The notes: generated by a model from the letters alone, not told the origin. A stretch of 64,000 nucleotides of DNA from Scyliorhinus canicula (GCF_902713615.1 NC_052163.1:37272248-37336247); one strand, 5' to 3'; shown: positions 36,861 to 49,733, numbered from the stretch's first letter. Made by a program: numbers and translations.

Positions 36861-37604
36861 ATCTGTCATGCAGGGGATCTCCGGAGGAGGCCGAGTTGAA
36901 TCATCACTTGGCACTTTTGGTTGCAAATTGTAGCTGGACCCTGGCGCTGTGAAGCCACAGTGCTATCCACTTGTGTTACCATGCTGCCCCGTTTGCACCT
37001 TGTTGATCTATTTGGGCACTTCAGAAGGAACACTGGTGTATCTGACTCCCTCTGTTGGTGGTTCACTTGAAACAACAGGCATTCCACACAAATAAAACCC
37101 TCTGCCAGCTGTTCATGTTACTGCAGCCACCTAAAAATACAATAATGAGATTTTGATTGACGTACAAGTGTTTTCTGTTCATCTCTGGTATTGTACCCCA
37201 TGTTAGGTTGTGTACAGCGACGCAAGAATTTTAAAGAACAAGTCAGTCTTTTTTTGATTCATACAAATCTTCCATTTCTTTCCAGGAACACATCTTGTAA
37301 CAAGGTGCCTGTTCACTTAAACCAGGAGTAGAAGCAATATTGATGATGGGAGGAATGAGCAGGAGGGGAAGCTAAAGGAGACGTGAGTCAGGCAATGTGG
37401 CCTCAAGCATTTAGGAAGCTGGGCAAAACCAGGGGATAAGGAGGAAGGGAAGGTCAGTGGCATCGTTTTTAGAGTATGCCAGCACAGTGGCCATGATACT
37501 GTACTAACTATTTAGGCTTTGAAATGAATTCAATAAATCTGCTAAATTAGTGGGTGAGTAATTGGTAGGAAGTACCAGAGTTATCAGGCAAACAAAGGCA
37601 AGGC

Positions 37605-38050
37605 AAAACATAGAAACATGCATAGAAAATAGAATCAGGAGGAGGCCATTCGGCCCTTCGAGCCTGCTCCACCATTCATTATGATCATGGCTGATCATCA
37701 AGTTCAATACCCTGATCCTGCCCTGCCTCCAACTCCCTTGATCCCTTTAGCCCCAAGTGCTATATTTAATTCCTTCTTGAAATCACAAAACATTTTGGCC
37801 TCAACCGTCCGCTTGGTGAAGAAATGTCATCTCACCTCAGTCCGAAAAAGTTTACCCCTTATCCTCAAACTGTTACCCTAGTTCTGGATTCCCCCACCAT
37901 CGGGAATATTCTTTCTGAATCTACCGTGTCTAATCCTGATGGAACTTTAGAAGATTCTACGAGATCCCCTCTCACTCCTCTAAACTCAAATCAATATAAT
38001 GCTAACTAACTTAGTCTCTCCTCATATGGCAGTCCCGCCAACCTAGGAAT
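37605..38050 (-). mobile_element. CR1 3' end
   Basis: Typical tail GGAGGCCATTCGGCCCTTCGAGCCTGCTCC...GATCATGGCTGATC in reverse orientation. Confidence 0.8.
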
Positions 38051-38558
38051 TAATAAATGGACTTGTCCATAGCAGTGTCCTCTCTATTTTATTTCAATGC
38101 ACAGTACCTTTACTTTTCTTTGCACTTCTACACAAGCATTACCTTAAATGGAATAGAATAGAATCCCTGCAGAAGGAGGCCATTCGGCCCATCGAGTCTG
38201 CACCGACCCAGACTTTCTTGCCTTCAACGTTCGTCGGAGGGCAACCCTCTCCCCCACGCAATACCTTCCCACCCCACCCCCACCAGACCCCCAAAATAAC
38301 GAGAGACCCCTAGAAACACCCTATATAAGTAGACCTCTCCAGAGATCCCCTAAATAACGAGAACCCCCACAGGCCCCCAGAAAAGAGACCTCTGTCAGGA
38401 AGCCCCCCCCCCAGAAAAGAGACCCTTGACAGGTAGCCCCGACTAGAAAGGAGACCCCCATCAGGAAGCTAGAGAGTAGCCCAGACAGAGGCAGTGAAAA
38501 TAATGACTGTTGTAACACTGGGCAATATACCTGCTGGCACAGACACAAGATACATCAC

Positions 38559-38780
38559 GCAACACAGTGGTGCAATGGTTAGCACTGCTGCCTACGATGC
38601 TGAGGACCCTGGTTCAATCCCAGCGCCGGGTCACTGTCTGTGGGGAGTTTGCATGTTCTCCCGTGTTTGCTTGGGTTTCACCCCACAACCGAAGATGTAC
38701 AGGTTAGGTGGATTGGCCACACTAAATAGTCCTTAATTGGAAGAAAAATAATTGGGTACTCTAAATTTATTTTTAAAAAA
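38559..38780 (+). mobile_element. SINE, short-tail subfamily
   Basis: Similar to 5242-5467. Confidence 0.85.
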
Positions 38781-39283
38781 GGATGCACCACATGTCAATT
38801 CCTAGAAAGAGAAAACCAGATGACTATGTTTAAACCCCCTCAGATCATTGAACTGCAAGCCATTCATTAATTTCCCTTACTTGGCTATGATTGACAGTTT
38901 TCACACAAACACACAGCCATCATCTTTACTCCATTCATCTTCCTTCATGGTTGAGTATCTCTTAGGTGCTCTAACCCCAATGTTTATAAACATCAACCAC
39001 TCAAATTGAGTTAAGTGGTTTCAAATCACCTCCCTTCATGCTTGAGTGATTTTGAAGTGATCAGCTGGAAATTGACAGTACTTTGAAGTGGCTGATGTTT
39101 GTAAACATTGCATTATCATTTCACTAATTCCATACAATCCCTACAGTATAGAAGGAGGCCATTCAGTCCATCTGGTCTGCACCGATCCTCCAAAGGACCA
39201 CACTACCTAGGCCCACTCCCCCACCCTATCCCTGTAACCCCATCTAAGCTGCACATCATTGGACACTAAGGAGCAATATATAA

Positions 39284-39582
39284 GGGCAGCAGATAGCACA
39301 GTGGTTAGCACTGTGGCTTGCCAGGGTCCCAGGTTCGATTTCCCGCTGGGTCACTGTCTGTGCAGAGTCTGCACGTTCTTCCCGTGTCTGCGTGGGTTTC
39401 CTCCGGGTGCTCCGGAGTTGCCTCCCATTAGTCCCGAAAGACATGTCGTTATGTAACTTGGACAGTCTAAATTCTCCCTCTATTTATCCGAACAGGTGCT
39501 GGAATGTGGCGACTAGGGGCTTTTCACAGTAACTTCACTGCAATGTCAGCCTACTTGTGACAATAAAGATTATTATTATTAT
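39284..39582 (+). mobile_element. SINE, third tail subfamily ending (ATT)n
   Basis: HE1-type head, tail GTGACAATAAAGATTATTATT; the same tail occurs reversed at ~58258-58390. Confidence 0.85.
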
Positions 39583-40112
39583 AGTCGCTGCTCTCATTAT
39601 TCTGGGACAAGCTCATTAAAAGCTAAAAGAGTAGCACAGAGTGAATTTTATTCCAGTGCAGTACACCCTCTAGTGGCTTGAACTGATAAAATTAATTCCT
39701 GTTAATCAGATATGCCTGAAGCGTTGGTTTGAGTTTGCAATCTGAATGTTGAATCTCTTGATTGAACACCCAGTGATACCACTGGAACTACCAAGTGTCT
39801 GAAAATATAACATTTGACACATTGGTGTAGAACAGCACGATATCAAAAGTAGTCCCACATTTATATTCTCGTCCACAATGGAGTGTGACATCTACAATCA
39901 CTTAGTTGTCCCGTGTGGTGTGACATTTCTTGAAAACTTGTTTGATTTTCTCTGAAACTTGGAACAGGTCAGTAAATATTTGTAGCCAGTTTTCAGATAC
40001 TTATCCCCCTTTTCTCCCATTCTTTCCTGAAGGTCGTGGCAAATGTGATTCTGAGTTCAAACTCGGCCCTCCTATAACTTAAGTGATCATCCTTTTGGGT
40101 TTGGGTCTGGAC

Positions 40113-40330
40113 AGGAGGTCGGTTAGCTCAATTGGCTGGATGGCTGGGTTGTGATGTGGAGCAATGCAAACAGCGTGGGTTCAATTCCTGTGCCAGCTGT
40201 GGTTATTAATGAAGGCTCAACCTTGCCCTCTTGCCTGATGTGTGGTGACCCTCAGGTTAAATCACCACCAGTCAGCTATCTCTCTTTAAAAAGGGGAGAG
40301 TGGCCTATGGGGATTATGGCGACTTTCATG
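40113..40330 (+). mobile_element. Older tRNA-derived SINE of a different family
   Basis: GGTTAGCTCAATTGG A-box and GGGTTCAATTCC B-box. Confidence 0.65.
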
Positions 40331-40818
40331 TTTCAGCTGTTTAGTTGCTATTCTGTCCTCATTCAAAGTCCTTCTCCCTTGCGAGTACACTGTTTTTCAA
40401 ACTTGGACAATGGGTTTATAAAGCTTTATACTTATCAGGAACATCATCCGTTCTCGCAGAACTTTATGAAAGTTTTCAGCTCAAGTTATTGAGTGGACAA
40501 AGCTTTTTAACATTCTGTATTCCAAGGTTAATTCTAAAGATCACTTAACTCAGCACCGAGCAAGGATACCAATGAATTAACCCACTAATCCAGATGGGAA
40601 ACCCAATATTTGGCACACACAATGCGTGATTTCTGTCTGTAATTGTTCTATCTGCACTACTGGTGCATGATTACAGACCTCAAGCCCAACAGAAGTTTTC
40701 TCAGACATTTCTCAGAACTTAAGCGCAAGGAGTTGATATTTAGTTGTTTCTTTTTGGTTTTCTGACTGGTGTATGAAAAATTGTATTGCTACTTATTCAT
40801 TCTTTGCTCTTTATTAAG

Positions 40819-41001
40819 AGATTTAGGGAAGGCTGCTTCAGTGCCTGTTGTATATGCAACCCCATATTATGCACTGGTGGTGAGAGGTCGCATTAGGAAG
40901 GGTGAGAGCGTATTTATCCATTCGGGGTCTGGTGATGTTGGGCAGGCTGCCATTTCCATTGCCCTCAGTTTGGGATGTTCTGTCTTTACTACTGTCGGAA
41001 G
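40819..41001 (+). pseudogene. FASN: Isolated fatty acid synthase exon (enoyl-reductase NADPH-binding segment)
   Basis: [56 protein letters not shown] matches vertebrate FASN ER as remembered; bounded by AG (40817-18) and GT (41002-03); no neighbouring FASN exons recognised. Confidence 0.85.
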
Positions 41002-41160
41002 GTAAAATGGGATTTTATTTGGTTATAAAATGGTTTGATGATGAGGAAATATTTTTCTTCCAAAATATACTTTCTTCATAAAACTTGTAAAGGTACAATA
41101 CAAAAAGTCTCAACTTAAAGTGCAGTAAAATTCAACCCAGCCAGGGTCCCAGGTTCGATT

Positions 41161-42390
41161 ATTTTGGAGGAATTTAAAGATTCACTTCCCGTAGCGAGAA
41201 TTCATGTGGAAGAGCTGTTATGGGCCAGGGTTTAGAGAACCCCAAAGTGTATCATGGAGTTTACCTGACCCACAACTTTTACTAGATTGTGGTATGGGGA
41301 GCACACGGCCCACTCTACAGGTGTGGTACAGCAGAAATGGAGAAGTATTTTTTAAAGCAAAACAATGTTTATTCTATGAACACAAGTTAACCTTTATAAA
41401 ACGTACAGTGAACATCTTAGCAACCATTAATTCAAATACAACCCCCAAAGACTACGACATTAAGTAAACCTTTAAGCTTTCCTTTTTAACATCCATACGA
41501 CTTAAAAATACAACCTTTATCAGAAGCACATCAGGTTAAAGTCACTACTGCAAACATTTATAATTCTGAATTCACCAAATGATCAAGAGATAGTCTTTTG
41601 ATGGCAGAGAGAACAGCAGTATACCTGCTTGGTCTGGTTTCAGGTTCAACACTGAAAAAGAAACTAAAACGCACCCTGCAGCCTGCTCAAAAACAAAAGT
41701 AAAAAGCTGACAGACAGCCCAGCTCCACCCACTCTCTGACATTACTGCAGTAGTAAACACCCATTTCTTAAAGGTACTCTCACTACAGATATTTATATAC
41801 ACACCCATTTATAACACCCTTTTATTAAAGGTACTCTCACATGACAGAGCAAAGGGTTACAACTGTTAGACGGGCAACAGAATTGGCAGATGATTTTGAA
41901 TTAGTTCATAAATTAAGGTATGGTTTTTGACATCAAGTTCAATGTATGAAGGATGGAAAAGCGGAAATAGGAAATCCACAAGTTGGCAAAGGAGGTCTAG
42001 TTGGAGATATTAAGGAGACTTTGTCTCAGGTTTAAACGGAAACCTCGGATTGTGGAAGAGAGATAAGAAAACTTTTAATTGTAATAAAATTGGACACATG
42101 AAGTCACAGTGTTGGTTGTTTAAGAAAAATACTAAGAAGACAGATTTGTTAAGCCAAGATAGGTTTGGTGAGGTTTGTAAAAGTGGAATAAGGACCACGA
42201 TTCAAGCCTAAGAGGTAAAAAGAGTACAGCGTATGTAGATGTTGGTGGATAAACAGGTGCCAGATCCTTTTAAGGATTTTATTTGCAAGGGTAAGGTTTA
42301 CACTTGTGTACAAGGTAGAACAGTAAGGAGATTAAAATCTTAAGGGAATGAGAAGCAAGTAAATCTTTAATGATGAGAGATAAGGAGATA
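41161..42390 (+). mobile_element. gag relic of a second Gmr1-like element
   Basis: ILEEFKDSLP..RIHVEE|QRVTTVRRATELADDFELVHK and CNKIGHMKSQCW, homologous to 8177-9257 and 15796. Confidence 0.8.
41216..41846 (-). mobile_element. Solo LTR of the same family as 7424-8041
   Basis: Reverse complement of the Gmr1-like LTR; perfect 4-bp TSD GAGC (41212-41215, 41847-41850). Confidence 0.93.
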
Positions 42391-42392
42391 TG

Positions 42393-42880
42393 GGGCAGAA
42401 TTCTCCGCACCCGCGCGGCTTCGGGAAGGCCATCGTGAACTCAGCCGAGTTTCACGACGGCCTTGGAGCCTGCTCCTTGCACCCTATTCACTCCCCCCCC
42501 CCCACCCCCAGGGGGCTAGGAGCGGTGCACCGTAAATCTCGGCCGCCGGGCCTTGACACTTGCGGCAAGGCGGCGCGCCGAGAATGACGCGACGGCGGCG
42601 CCTAAGTGACGTCAGCCGCGCATGCGCAGGTCGGCCGGCTCCAACCCGCGCATGCGTGGCTGACGTCATGATGGCTTCCGGCTCCAACCCGCGCATGCGA
42701 CGTGGTGGCTTGATCTTGCGGGGCGGCGGAGGGGAAAGAGTGCGTCTCTTGGAGACGCCGGCCCGACGATCAACGACGACGAGCACGGCCGTGGTGCTCA
42801 CTCCCCTCTCCACCTCCCACAAGCCACAAACAAAACTTTGGCACCATGTTCACGACGGCAGTGACCATGTGTGGGTGCAC
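42393..42880 (+). mobile_element. Harbinger-type non-autonomous element, left part only
   Basis: Terminus GGGCAGAATTCTCCG; internal similarity to 51030-51741. Confidence 0.7.
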
Positions 42881-45800
42881 CGGGGGGAAGGGAGGGTGGC
42901 GCCGGGGCGGGTGAAAGGAGGGTGGCGCCGGGGCGGGGGGTGGTGAGCGTGGGGAACCAGCTGGTGCCTGGTCCCTGAGGGAGACTGTGTCTTGGCGGCC
43001 GTCGGGGTACGCTACGTAAGCGTACTGCGGGTTGGCGTGGAGTAGCAGTACCCTCTCAACCAACGGATCCGGGTTGTGGAGTAGCATGTGTCTACGGAGG
43101 AGAATGGGTCCTGGAGCTGCCAGCCACGTTGGGAGCAAAATCCCGGAGGTGGACTTCCTGGGGAAGGCAAAGAGACGTTCATGGGGGCTTTTGTTAGTCG
43201 TGGTGCACAGGAGCAGCCGAATGGAGTGGAGGACCTCCTGCCAGTGGGAGAGCAGGAGATTTCTGGGCCGTAGGGCCAGCTGGACGGCCCTCCAGACCAT
43301 CCCATTCTCCCGCTCCACCTGCCCGTTTCCCCTGGGGTTGTTGCTAGTCGTCCTGCTTGAGGCAATGTCCCTGTTGAGCAGGTACTGGCACAGCTTATCG
43401 CTCATAAATGAGGATCCCCTGTCGCTGTGGATGTAGGCGGGGAAACCGAGTAAAGATGGTGTTGAGGGATTTGATGACGGTGGCAGACGTCATATCAGGG
43501 CATGGGACAGCAAAGGGGAATCGGGAATATTCGTCGACCACACTGAGGAAGTACGTGTTTCGATCAGTGGAGGGGAGGAGACCTTTGAAGTCCACCCTGA
43601 GGCGTTCAAAGGGGAGGGAGGCCTTCACCAGACGTGCATGGTCTGGCCGGTAGAAGGACAGTTTACACTCCACGCAGACCTGGCAGCCTCTGGGGATAGC
43701 CCTGACTTCCTCAATGGAGTAGGGCAGATTGCGGGCCTTAATGAAGTGGTAAAAACCGGTGACTCCTGGGTGACAGAGATTGTTGTGCAGGGTCTGGAGT
43801 CGGTCCACTTGTGAGCTGGCACATGTACCGCAGGATAGGGCATCGGGGGGCTCATTGAGCTTATCGGGGTGATACAAAATCTCGTAGTTGTAGGTGGAGA
43901 GCTCGATCCTCCACCTCAAGATTTTATCGTTTTTGATCTTGCCCCGCTGTGTGTTATTGAACATGAAGGCAACCGACCGTTGGTCAGTAAGGAGAGTGAG
44001 CCTCGGCCGTCAGTGGGAAAACGTGGATTGAATGAGTGTGTGGGCTATGTCCGCATAGTTGAGGAACCACTAGGTGTAGTACTAAAAGAACCCAGGCATC
44101 ATTTGAGGGCCTTGGGGCAGTGGGCTAGGGGGAGTTCCATGAGGGGAAGCATATGATCGGGGTCGGCCCCAGAACTCCGTTCTGGAACACATAGCCAAGG
44201 ATGGCTAATCGGTTCATGCTGAACACACACTTCTTCTTGTTCTAAGTGAGGTTGAGGAGAGTGGCGGTGTGGAGAAATTTGGAAAGGTTAACATCGTGGT
44301 CCTGCTGGTCGTGGCCGCAGATGGTGATGTTGTCCAGGTACGGGAAAGTGGCCCGCAGTGCGTACCGGTCAACCATTCGGTCCATCTCCCGTTGGAACAC
44401 GAAGACCCCATTGGTGAAGCCGTAGAGAACCCTAAGGAAATGGTAAAGGCGGCTGTCTACTTCAAACGCAGTGTATGGGCGGTCCGCTTTACGGATGGGG
44501 AGCTGGTGTTAGGCAAATTTCAGGTCCACTGTCGAGAAGACCCGGTATTGTGCCATTTGATTGACCATATCAGATATGCATGGGACGGGGTACGCATCGA
44601 GCTGCATGTACCAGTTGATGGTCTGACTGTAGTCAACGACCATCCTGTGTTTCTCCCCAGTTTTCACCACTACCACTTGGGCTCTCCAGGGGCTGTTGCT
44701 GGCCTCGATGATACCTTCCCGCAGCAACCGCTGGACCTCCGACTTGATGAAGGTCCTGTCCTGGGCGCTGTACCATCTGCTCCTGCTGGCGATGGGTTTG
44801 CAATCCGGGGTTAGGTTTGCAAAAAGGAAAGGCGGGCCGACCTTAAGGTTTACGAGGCCGCAAACAGCAAGGGGTGGTAAGGGCCCGCCAAATTTCAGGG
44901 TTAGGCTCTGGAGGTTGCAATGGAAGTCCAGGACGAGTAGCAAGGCAACGCAGAGGTTGGGAGGCGGAAACCACTGAACTCTTCGCCCTGGACGGTGAGG
45001 GTGGCGATGCAGTACCCCCGGATCGCCACGGAGTGGGATCCGGAGGCCAGGGATATTCTCTGGTTAGCGGGGTGTGCCGCGAGGGAGCAGCGCCTTACAG
45101 TATCGGGTGGATGAAGCTCTCAGTGCTCCTGGAGTACAGAAGGCAGGAGATCTCATGCCCGTCGACCTTCATCTGTATCGAAGTGGTCGCGAGGTTGTGT
45201 GGTTGTGACTAGTCAATCGTGACCGACAGGAGACGTGGCTGGTCATCGGCGGTTGCAGGTCATGAGCGGCCTGATGAGGTGCTCGACGGGCAGGGGTCCT
45301 GAGGTGGGTAAGATGGCGGCGCCCTCGGGCCGCACGCGTTCTGGGGCAGGCAAGATGGCGACGCCCATTGGTTCTGAGGCAGGCAAGATGGCGGCACCCA
45401 CGGGCCGCACGTAGTTCGAGGAGGGGAGGATGGTGGCACCCATTGGCCACACATGGGGGGTGCCGGGACAATAGCGACGATTGAGCGGGCCAGGCAGCTG
45501 CAGCAAAATGTCCCTTCTTGCCGCAGGACTTGCAGAGCGCGCTCCGCGTTGGGCAGCACTGCCGGGGGTGTTTGGACTGTCTGCAGAAGTAGCATTTAGG
45601 TCCCCGGGGTTGGTTGGTTGCCGCGTGGCGTAGGCATGGGATTGACTGGGGGCGGTAGCTGATGGCGTTGGCGGGGTCCACGATGCATGGGCGGGGGGTG
45701 GAGGGGAGGGCCGCGCGGTCGGGGGCATACGCCTGAACGTTGCGTGAGGCAACCATAAGTGAGAGTGCCAGTTTTTTTGGTCGCCGCGAGGTCAAGCGTG

Positions 45801-46498
45801 GACCCTTCTAAGAGGCGATGGCAAATGTAGTCAGACCCTATGCCCATAACGAACGTGTCTCTCATCAGCAGGTTCAAATATTTCGTAGCTGAAATGCCCC
45901 CCCCCCGCGCAGAAATCGTCCACAGACTCAGCGGGAAGTTGGCGCCACGTGGATAGGAGCTACCTGGCGTAGATGTTGTTGGTCCGCTGAGAGTAATTTT
46001 CCTTCAGTTGAGCCATGGCTTCTGAGTAGGTCGGCGCAGCCTGGACGAGTGGAAAAACGTTGGAGCTCAGCCGCGTGTACAGAATCTGGAGCTTCTGGGC
46101 TTCTGGGATTGGGTCAGGCGCAGACCCGATGTATGCTTCAAAACAGGCTAGCCAATGTTCAAAATCTTTTTTGCCGTTGTCTGTTTGAGGATGCAGCTGC
46201 AGGCGATCCGGCTTTGATGTGGAGGTCCATCTCTGAAAAATCTCTGTGTAATAAATTGATGCACTATCAATTACGAGAAGATGAGAGTAGAATGTAATCG
46301 AGGCTTTATTACACTGAGATGTGTGGCCTCCTACAGCAGCTGACAAAATGGCTGCTGTACGGGGAGCACGCATATTTATACTCCGCCTACGGGCGGAGCC
46401 AGCAGGCAGGGATCTGCCCCCATACCTGTAGTACAGGGGCCTTACCGTAAAACCCATATATATATATACGGCATAATACATCAGTGGTGACTACCACA
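42880..46498 (-). mobile_element. Gypsy LTR retrotransposon (5' LTR, gag, PR, RT, RH, IN), frameshifted, 3' LTR missing
   Basis: gag FEHWLACFEAYI..., RT SPWRAQVVVVK...VVDYSQTIN, IN LCHPGV...CVEC, VDFKG...VVDEYSRFPFA, NPRGNGQVERENG. Confidence 0.9.
46257..46498 (-). repeat. 5' LTR (242 bp) with TATA box and AATAAA
   Basis: TGTGGTAG...GTGCATCA; TATAAATA at ~46376-46383; gag ATG at 46230. Confidence 0.85.
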
Positions 46499-46499
46499 A

Positions 46500-49400
46500 C
46501 GAGGCTGGAAATGACGGCGGGATGCCTCGCTAATGAGATTTTAAATTATTATAGTGTTTTGAGATATCCTGAAGAGATGAAAAGTGTTCCACAAATGCAA
46601 AGGCGGCTTGAGTTTAAGAGCCGCGGGGTTATGCTGCAACTGAGCATGACCCTGGTGAGACCATGGGCGAAATTCTCCGCGGACCGACGTGACGCCCATT
46701 TCCGGCGGGAAAAAGCGGTGTGCATGACTCCGGCGTCCGGGCCTTCTTTTAAGCCGGTAATCTCCGTTCCCGGAAGGGCCAGCAGCGGACTGACGCGATA
46801 GGCGTCAGTTTCTCCAGCTGCGGAAGTGGCCAGTCCCGGCGTTTGTGTGGTGGGGAGAGAGAGCGACCCGGCATTGGGGGGGGGGGGGGGGGAAGGGGGG
46901 GGGGGAGTGGGGGGGGGGGGGAGAAGAGCGACCCGGCATTGGGGGGGGGGAGAAGAGCGACCCGGCATTTGGGGGGGGGGGGGGAGAAGAGCGACCCGGC
47001 ATTGGGGGGGGGGGGAGGGGAGAAGAGCAACCTGGCATTGGGGGGGGGGGGAGAGAAGAGCGACCCGGCATCGGGGGGGGGGGGGGTTGCGGCATCGGGG
47101 GGGGGTTGGGGGCAGCGGCGTGCAGAGAGGGGGGGCGACGGATGCCCGGGGCCAACGCACCGTCGCCCCCCCTCTGTACGCCGCTACCCCCTACCCCAAC
47201 CACCCCCCCCTCACCACCCTACCTCCCTCCAATGCCCCTACCCCCCTCCCCACCACCCCTACCCCCCTCCAATGCCGCCCCCCCATCTCTCGCAACGCCG
47301 CACCCCCCCCCCCTCAACGCCGGGTCCCCCCCCCCTCAACGCCGGTACCCACACCCCGTCCCCCTCCCTCTGAAGGCCGGTACCCACACCCCCCCTCCCT
47401 CTGAAGGCCGGTACCCACCCCCCCTCCTTCCTCCTCCCACCTTCCTTCCTCCTCCCCCCCTTCCTTCCTCATTAGCGGGGGGGGGGGGTGCGGCGTTAGT
47501 GGGGGGTGGGTGGGGGGTGGGTGGGTGCGGCGTTGGAGGGGGGTAGGGGTGGTGAGGGTGGGGTGGTTGGGGTAGGGGGCAGCGGCGTGCAGAGAGGGGG
47601 GGCGACGGATGCCCGGGGCCAATGCACCGTCGTCCCCCCTCTGCACGCCACTGCCCCTACCCCAACCCCCCCCTCACCACCCCTACCCCCTTCACCACCC
47701 CTACCCCCCTCCAACGCCGCACCCCCCCACCCCCCATGAACGCCGCACCCCCCCCTCCCACTAACGGAGGAAGGAAGGGGGGGAGGAGGAAGGAAGGGGG
47801 GACGAGGAAGGAGGGTGGGGAGGAAGGAAGGGGGGGAGGAGGAGAGAGGGGGTGTGTGTGGGTACCGGCGTTGAGGGGGGGGGGACCCGGCGATGAGGGT
47901 GGGGGGGTTGCGGCATTGCGAGAGATGGGGGGGCGGCGTTGGAGGGGGGATGGGGGTGCGGCGTTGGAGGGGGGATGGGGGGGCGGCGTTGGAGGGGGGA
48001 TGGTGGGGCGGCGTTGGAGGGGGGATGGGGGGGCGGCGTTGGAGGGGGGTAGGGGTGGTGGGGAGGGGGTAGGGGTGGTGGGGAGGGGGGTAGGGGTGGT
48101 GGGGAGGGGGGTAGGGATGGTGGGGAGGGGGGTAGGGGCGTTGGAGGGAGGTAGGGGTGGTGAGGGGGGGTGGTTGGGGTAGGGGGCAGCAGCGCACAGA
48201 GGGGGGGGCGACGGTGCGTTGGCCCCGGGCATCCGTCGCCCCCCCTCTCTGCACGCCGCTGCCCCCAAACCCCCCCCCGATGCCGCAAACCACCCCCCCA
48301 TGCCGCAAACCCCCCCCATGCCGCAAACCCCCCCCATGCCGCAACCCACCCCCCCCATGCCGCAACCCACCCCCCCCCCATCCATCCCCCCCCAATCTAC
48401 CAGCACGAAAGTAATTGATTGATCTCTCTCTCTTAACAAACACCTCCCCCCCCAATCTACCGGCACTCGAGGTAAGTGATTGATCTCTCTATTCCCAACA
48501 CCCCCAACCCACTACCCCCCCCCACCCTACCCCATCCCCCCTACCTCCCCACCCCTCTCTCCCCCTACCTCCTCCCCATTCCCTATCCCCCCACCGCCCC
48601 CCACCGCTCCCCACCGCGCTCCAATGCCTCCAATGCCTCCTCTACCGTGCCCCCCACCGCTCCCCACCGCGCTCCAATGCCTCCAATGCCTCCTCTACCG
48701 TGCCCCCCACCGCTCCCCACCGCCCCCCACCGCTCCCCACCGCTCCCCACCGCGCTCCAATGCTTCCAATGCCTCCTCTACCGCGCCCCCCACCGCCCCC
48801 CCACCGCTTCCCCCACCGCGCTCCAATGCCTCCTCCACCGCTCCCCCCACCGCGCTCCAATGCCGCTACCCACCCCACGCGCATTCGCCCCCCATCACTG
48901 AACGGCGTCAACCATCTTCAATGGTTGACGCCGTTTTAAAGCAACTTTGATTTTCACCGACGTGACCCGTGGCCACGTCGGCGGGACTTCGGCCCATCCG
49001 GGCCGGAGATTTGTGGACAGTAAAAAAAAAATGAAATCCCGCCGGCGCCAGCTGTTTTCAGAGGCTGCCGGCGGGATTTGCACAACGCTGGTTTTTGGCC
49101 GGTGGGAGATTTAAAAACCCTGCGGGAGCGGGAATAACGCCGCTGCCGGCCGATTCTCCGATCCTGCGTGGGGTCGGAGAATCCCACCCCATATTTGGAG
49201 TATTGTGTGCAGTTCTGGTCACCTCACTATAGGAAGGATGTGGAAGCATTGGAAAGGGTGCAAAGGAGATTTACCAGGATGCTGCCTGGTTTGGAGGATA
49301 GGTCTTCTGAGGAAAGGTTGAGGGAGCTTGGGCTTTTCTCTTTGGAGCGGAGAGGCAATTTAATAGAGGTTTATAAGATGATGATGAGGGATAGATAGAG

Positions 49401-49733
49401 TTGACATTCAGAGACTATTTCCTCGGGTGGGTGTAGCTGTTACAAAGGGGCATAACTATAAGGTTCAGGGTGGTAGATGTAGGAGGGATGTCCGAGGTAG
49501 GTTCTTTACTCAGAGAGTGGTTAGGGTGTGGAATGTGACTGTGTGGAATGGACTGCCTGCTGTGATAGTGGAGTTGGACACTTCGGGAACTTTCAAGCGG
49601 TCATTGGATAGGCACATGGAGCACACCAGAATGACAGGGAGTTGGATAGCTTGATCTTGGTTTCGGACAAGGCTCGGCACAACATCGAGTTCTGAAGGGC
49701 CTGTTCTGTGCTGTACTGTTCTATGTTCTATGT
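46500..49733 (+). mobile_element. CR1/HER1-type LINE 3' fragment split by a Harbinger element
   Basis: LVRP|YLEYCVQFWSPHYRKDVEALERVQRRFTRMLPGLE rejoins across 46665-49189; tail GAAGGGCCTGTTCTGTGCTGTACTGTTCTATG is shared with the HE1-type SINEs. Confidence 0.88.
46665..49189. mobile_element. PIF/Harbinger-type non-autonomous element filled with G/C-rich repeats
   Basis: Imperfect TIRs GGGCGAAATTCTCCG / GGGTGGGATTCTCCG; 3-bp TSD CAT (46662-46664, 49190-49192). Confidence 0.85.

Noticed and set aside
37060-37130. Phase-1 segment GCSNMNSWQRVLFVWNACCFK* after a good acceptor
   Set aside because: Only a splice-site match; no independent support.
46549-48950. Many Pro/Gly-rich ORFs up to 319 aa
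   Set aside because: Frames through G/C-run repeats of the Harbinger-type element; no domain signal.
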